Assembly (NCBI GenBank): GCA_963848305.1
Contig: CAWKDC010000003.1
Coordinates: forward strand, 179,007 to 243,006
Source of the DNA: an uncultured Gammaproteobacteria bacterium
GTDB lineage: Bacteria > Pseudomonadota > Gammaproteobacteria > JABCZS01
Direction of reading: 5' to 3'
DNA: 64,000 nucleotides
Part shown: in pieces, positions 61,121 to 64,000 of the stretch
Numbering within the stretch: position 1 is the first letter of the stretch
How the letters are laid out: the number at the start of each line of letters is the position of its first letter
Translations under genes and position numbers: made by a program
The notes under the pieces: generated by a model
Database searches by the model: none
What the model saw: the letters and a program-made list of their open reading frames with translations, nothing else
What the model was told of the DNA's origin: nothing

Positions 61121-63685
61121 ATGTCCTCACCAACGCCGCAAGAAAGATTCAAGAGGGTGGCGAACCTGTTGGGACAAGACTTGGCATTTTCCGATATATG
61201 CCAGCAAGCGGACATGTTGTATCCGGCTGACCGATTTGAGGAAGACATGAGTGCGTCTTCCCCTATTGAGCAGTACATGGTCTCAGTGCTCAACGGTGAT
61301 TGGTTGATGCCTCGGTGGTATCAGTGGTACCACAGTATTACTCAGGCAGAGGTCGACCGGTATCTGCTCAGAACCTTTATGTTGTTTCGTGATAAAAAGG
61401 ATGCGCCGCTCACAACATTTCGCCCAGGCGAGCAAGCAGTCATTGCGTTATTAGCACAAGGGGCATATTCACCCATCATGCGCTGCATTAATGCAGTCAA
61501 TCCAATGGGGATATTGTTACGGAGAATCTATAGAGAATACTTCAGCAGTGAGACACCAACATGGTTTTCTCAGTTGATGAGAGGGTTAACGCGTTAACGC
61601 GCTGGATATCGGATGATAAGCATAAGCTAACCAATGTGACCGTGACCTTAGAAGGGGACATCTATCACATCAAGCATGGTGATAAAGCACCCGTAACTCA
61701 CCATCAACTTATCGAAGCGAAGCAACAATATGCGGAGACATCCTGGTGGCAATTTTTCAAGAAACGGGCTTTAAGAACAGATTACCCTTTTGATGTTCCC
61801 ACACTGAGCCGTGCCTGGGATTGTTATTGGGTAAAGCAAGAGGAGGAATTGATGAAGAAAGAGAGTGGAAAATTAACTTACAATCATGAAGCAGCAAAGC
61901 CCCTCCAAGATAAGATGAGAATTACGATTGGTTTGGAAGAATATCAGGTGGGTGAGCGGTATCAGCACTATCGCTCTGAGCTCCATCGAATCCTCAAGGA
62001 ACTGGATGGCATGCTTAATGAAAAAAAGCGCCTCCGATTCGACGAAAGGTTGGAGTGCGTTGTAAAAGCATGGAATGAAAGCATCCTGGGGATCCAGCAA
62101 ATCATTGCTATTCTCACAGACATACAGGCTTCCGGCGCCGATCAAAGTAAAGTTAAAGCATGTCAAGATAATGTGGTGCTTTTTGAAAGTTTGCGTGATT
62201 ATGCGGAAGGTCTCCTGGTGCCCGCAAAAGCAAAGATACGTGAGAGGTTAGCCCAAGACCCTTGGTCACTACCCAATATTGTCAGTGAGTTTTCCGCAAT
62301 AGAGAAGTCTATCAATGCATATCTCGCAATATCGCATGACCGTCTTTTGCATGAGCATGCTGATTCAATGAATAAAGAGTACATTCGTCTAGTGTTGTTG
62401 CTGCAAAAAATGAAGGACATACTTGGGGATGGTAATACCAGCCCCATCCTCAGTGAAAAAATAAACGCACACGAACTCAAATTAGAGAAGAGGTACGAAG
62501 AATTGAAACAAGCGCGGGCGCTAGCCATTGCGGTCGCACGACAGGATTTTCAGGCTTTGTCTGTAACAGCAAACGATGAAATGCGTGCACTATTTGACGG
62601 CATGGGAGAGCTCAGCGACATTAGCATCGAGCTTTTTGAACAGAATGCGGATGCTATTGTCAACAAATTTATATTGGAAACTCAACGGATCTGCTCAGGC
62701 GATGTGCCAGAGCTAGCGAAAGAAAGGGGTAATATCATCGAAGCGCTGAATGCGATTCAGCTGGAATACTCCAATCAATTAAAGGAACGTTTAAAAGAAG
62801 GGCAGCGAGCAGTAGTTGTGGTGGCCTCATCATCAGCTCGCCCTCAACCGACACGAGCCACTATCAACGCTGGTGAGATACCGCTAGAATTTCGTCAATA
62901 CTCTTATGTAGCACTGGAGGCATATAAAATACTGGGTATTGACCCGGGGGCGCCAAGGGAAACCCTGGGCAGTATATACCGCAGCAAAAATCAAGACATA
63001 TCCACCCAGATACGTGCAAAGATAACAGTTTAGATGCTCATCATGAGTTCACGAAATTACAATGGGCGCATTTGTATTTGACCGAAAGCGAAGATTCAGT
63101 ATTGTACGATGATAAGCGTCATCCTTCATTGGCCTTTATGTTAAGGAATATGCAAGAAACAGAAGAGTTTTTGGGAAAGAAGTTTGTATATTTGGAGGAG
63201 TCGATTGCGAAACTTGGCGAGAAACGGAGAGAGATTGCTGAGGGGCTGAGGGAGAATGCGGAGAAGCTGAGAGAGAATGCTGGGAAGCTGAGCGAGATTG
63301 CTGAGAAGCTGAGAGAGAATGCTGAACAATGCCGCTCGAGAGATGCGACGATTAAAGGAGTCTCCCAGGAAGTCAGGTCGCTTCGTGCGATGGTGGAGTT
63401 GTACATTGCGCAGCAACAACAAGGAGCTGCAGCATCAGGGGCGCCAAAAGCAGCCAGTGTGCTGCAGAGTCTCAGAGTCCTCATGCTGCTGACGATTCTC
63501 ACGATTCCAACACCGCACCAGAATTAGACACTTCAAATACCACAACAGATACTGCATCAACTGCGTCGAGCGGAAGAAATTCAATAGGTTCAACAAACGA
63601 ACCGTTCACTATGATGTATGCAGGTGCTGGCAAGCCAACTGCGGATGCAGATCCTGACAGTACGATGGCAGCTGCGCCTACATAA
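61121..63685 (+). CDS. J-domain coiled-coil protein, copy 3, frameshifts near 61585, 62980 and 63470
   Basis: long stretches nearly identical to copy 1; HPD retained in shifted frame (IHPDTCK); ends MAAAPT like copy 1. Confidence 0.82.
63231..63335 (+). repeat. five imperfect 21-bp coding repeats (heptads)
   Basis: encode EIAEGLR ENAEKLR ENAGKLS EIAEKLR ENAEQCR. Confidence 0.8.
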
Positions 63686-63698
63686 CGCAGGAGACTTT

Positions 63699-64000
63699 AT
63701 GTCACAAAGCCCACAAGAGATGTTTGAGCGTGTTGCGGGGAAGCTGAGTCAAGATGCTATGTTTTCTGATATATGCCAGCAAGCGGACATTTTGTATCCG
63801 GCTGACCGATTTGAGGAAGACATGAGTGCGTCTTCCCCTATTGAGCAGTACATGGTCTCAGTGCTCAATGGTGATTGGTTGATGCCTCGGTGGTATCAGT
63901 GGTATCACAGTATGACTCAGGCAGAGGTCGACCGGTATCTGCTCAGAACCCTTATGTTGTTTCGTGATAAAAAGGATGTGTCACTCACAACATTTCGCCC
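63699..64000 (+). CDS. tandem family copy 4, truncated by window end
   Basis: CAGGAGACTTT-ATGTCACAAAGCCCACAAGAG start; near-identical to the copy 1 N-terminus. Confidence 0.85.
   Translation, partial: MSQSPQEMFERVAGKLSQDAMFSDICQQADILYPADRFEEDMSASSPIEQYMVSVLNGDWLMPRWYQWYHSMTQAEVDRYLLRTLMLFRDKKDVSLTTFR

Noticed and set aside
56254-64000. Diversity-generating retroelement explaining paralog variation
   Set aside because: No reverse transcriptase in the window; differences are block-wise, not adenine-specific

Overview
Chromosomal window of a gammaproteobacterium; a Legionellales/Berkiella-like host-associated lifestyle is inferred from gene content only. 1-17 kb and 28-36 kb are mostly housekeeping (fabV, trpG/pabA, rlpA, aminotransferase, uvrB, zapD, two tyrP-type permeases, ubiA/ubiC, birA, sodC, S8 protease, queA-yajC-secD-secF, arnT-like, rpsT) with four tRNAs (Asn, Thr, Leu, Pro). 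At 17-19.6 kb a YhcG/DUF1016 nuclease gene lies between two arrays of a ~154-bp multi-hairpin repeat. An ~8.4-kb capsid-less integrative element (P4-type integrase, AlpA, primase, DUF927 helicase, three secreted cargo genes) sits in tRNA-Thr with a 44-bp att repeat. From tRNA-Pro to the window end is a block of large eukaryote-like, effector-like genes: a 2556-aa pseudo-lipase/kinase-like/LRR/WD40 protein, two F-box-like ankyrin membrane proteins, two ankyrin/coiled-coil proteins, and a mosaic tandem family of J-domain coiled-coil proteins. Several of these share a hydrophobic-T-x-x-Y motif near the C-terminus. About a dozen genes carry single frameshifts that look like sequencing indel errors, so gene breaks should not be read as real pseudogenes without checking reads.
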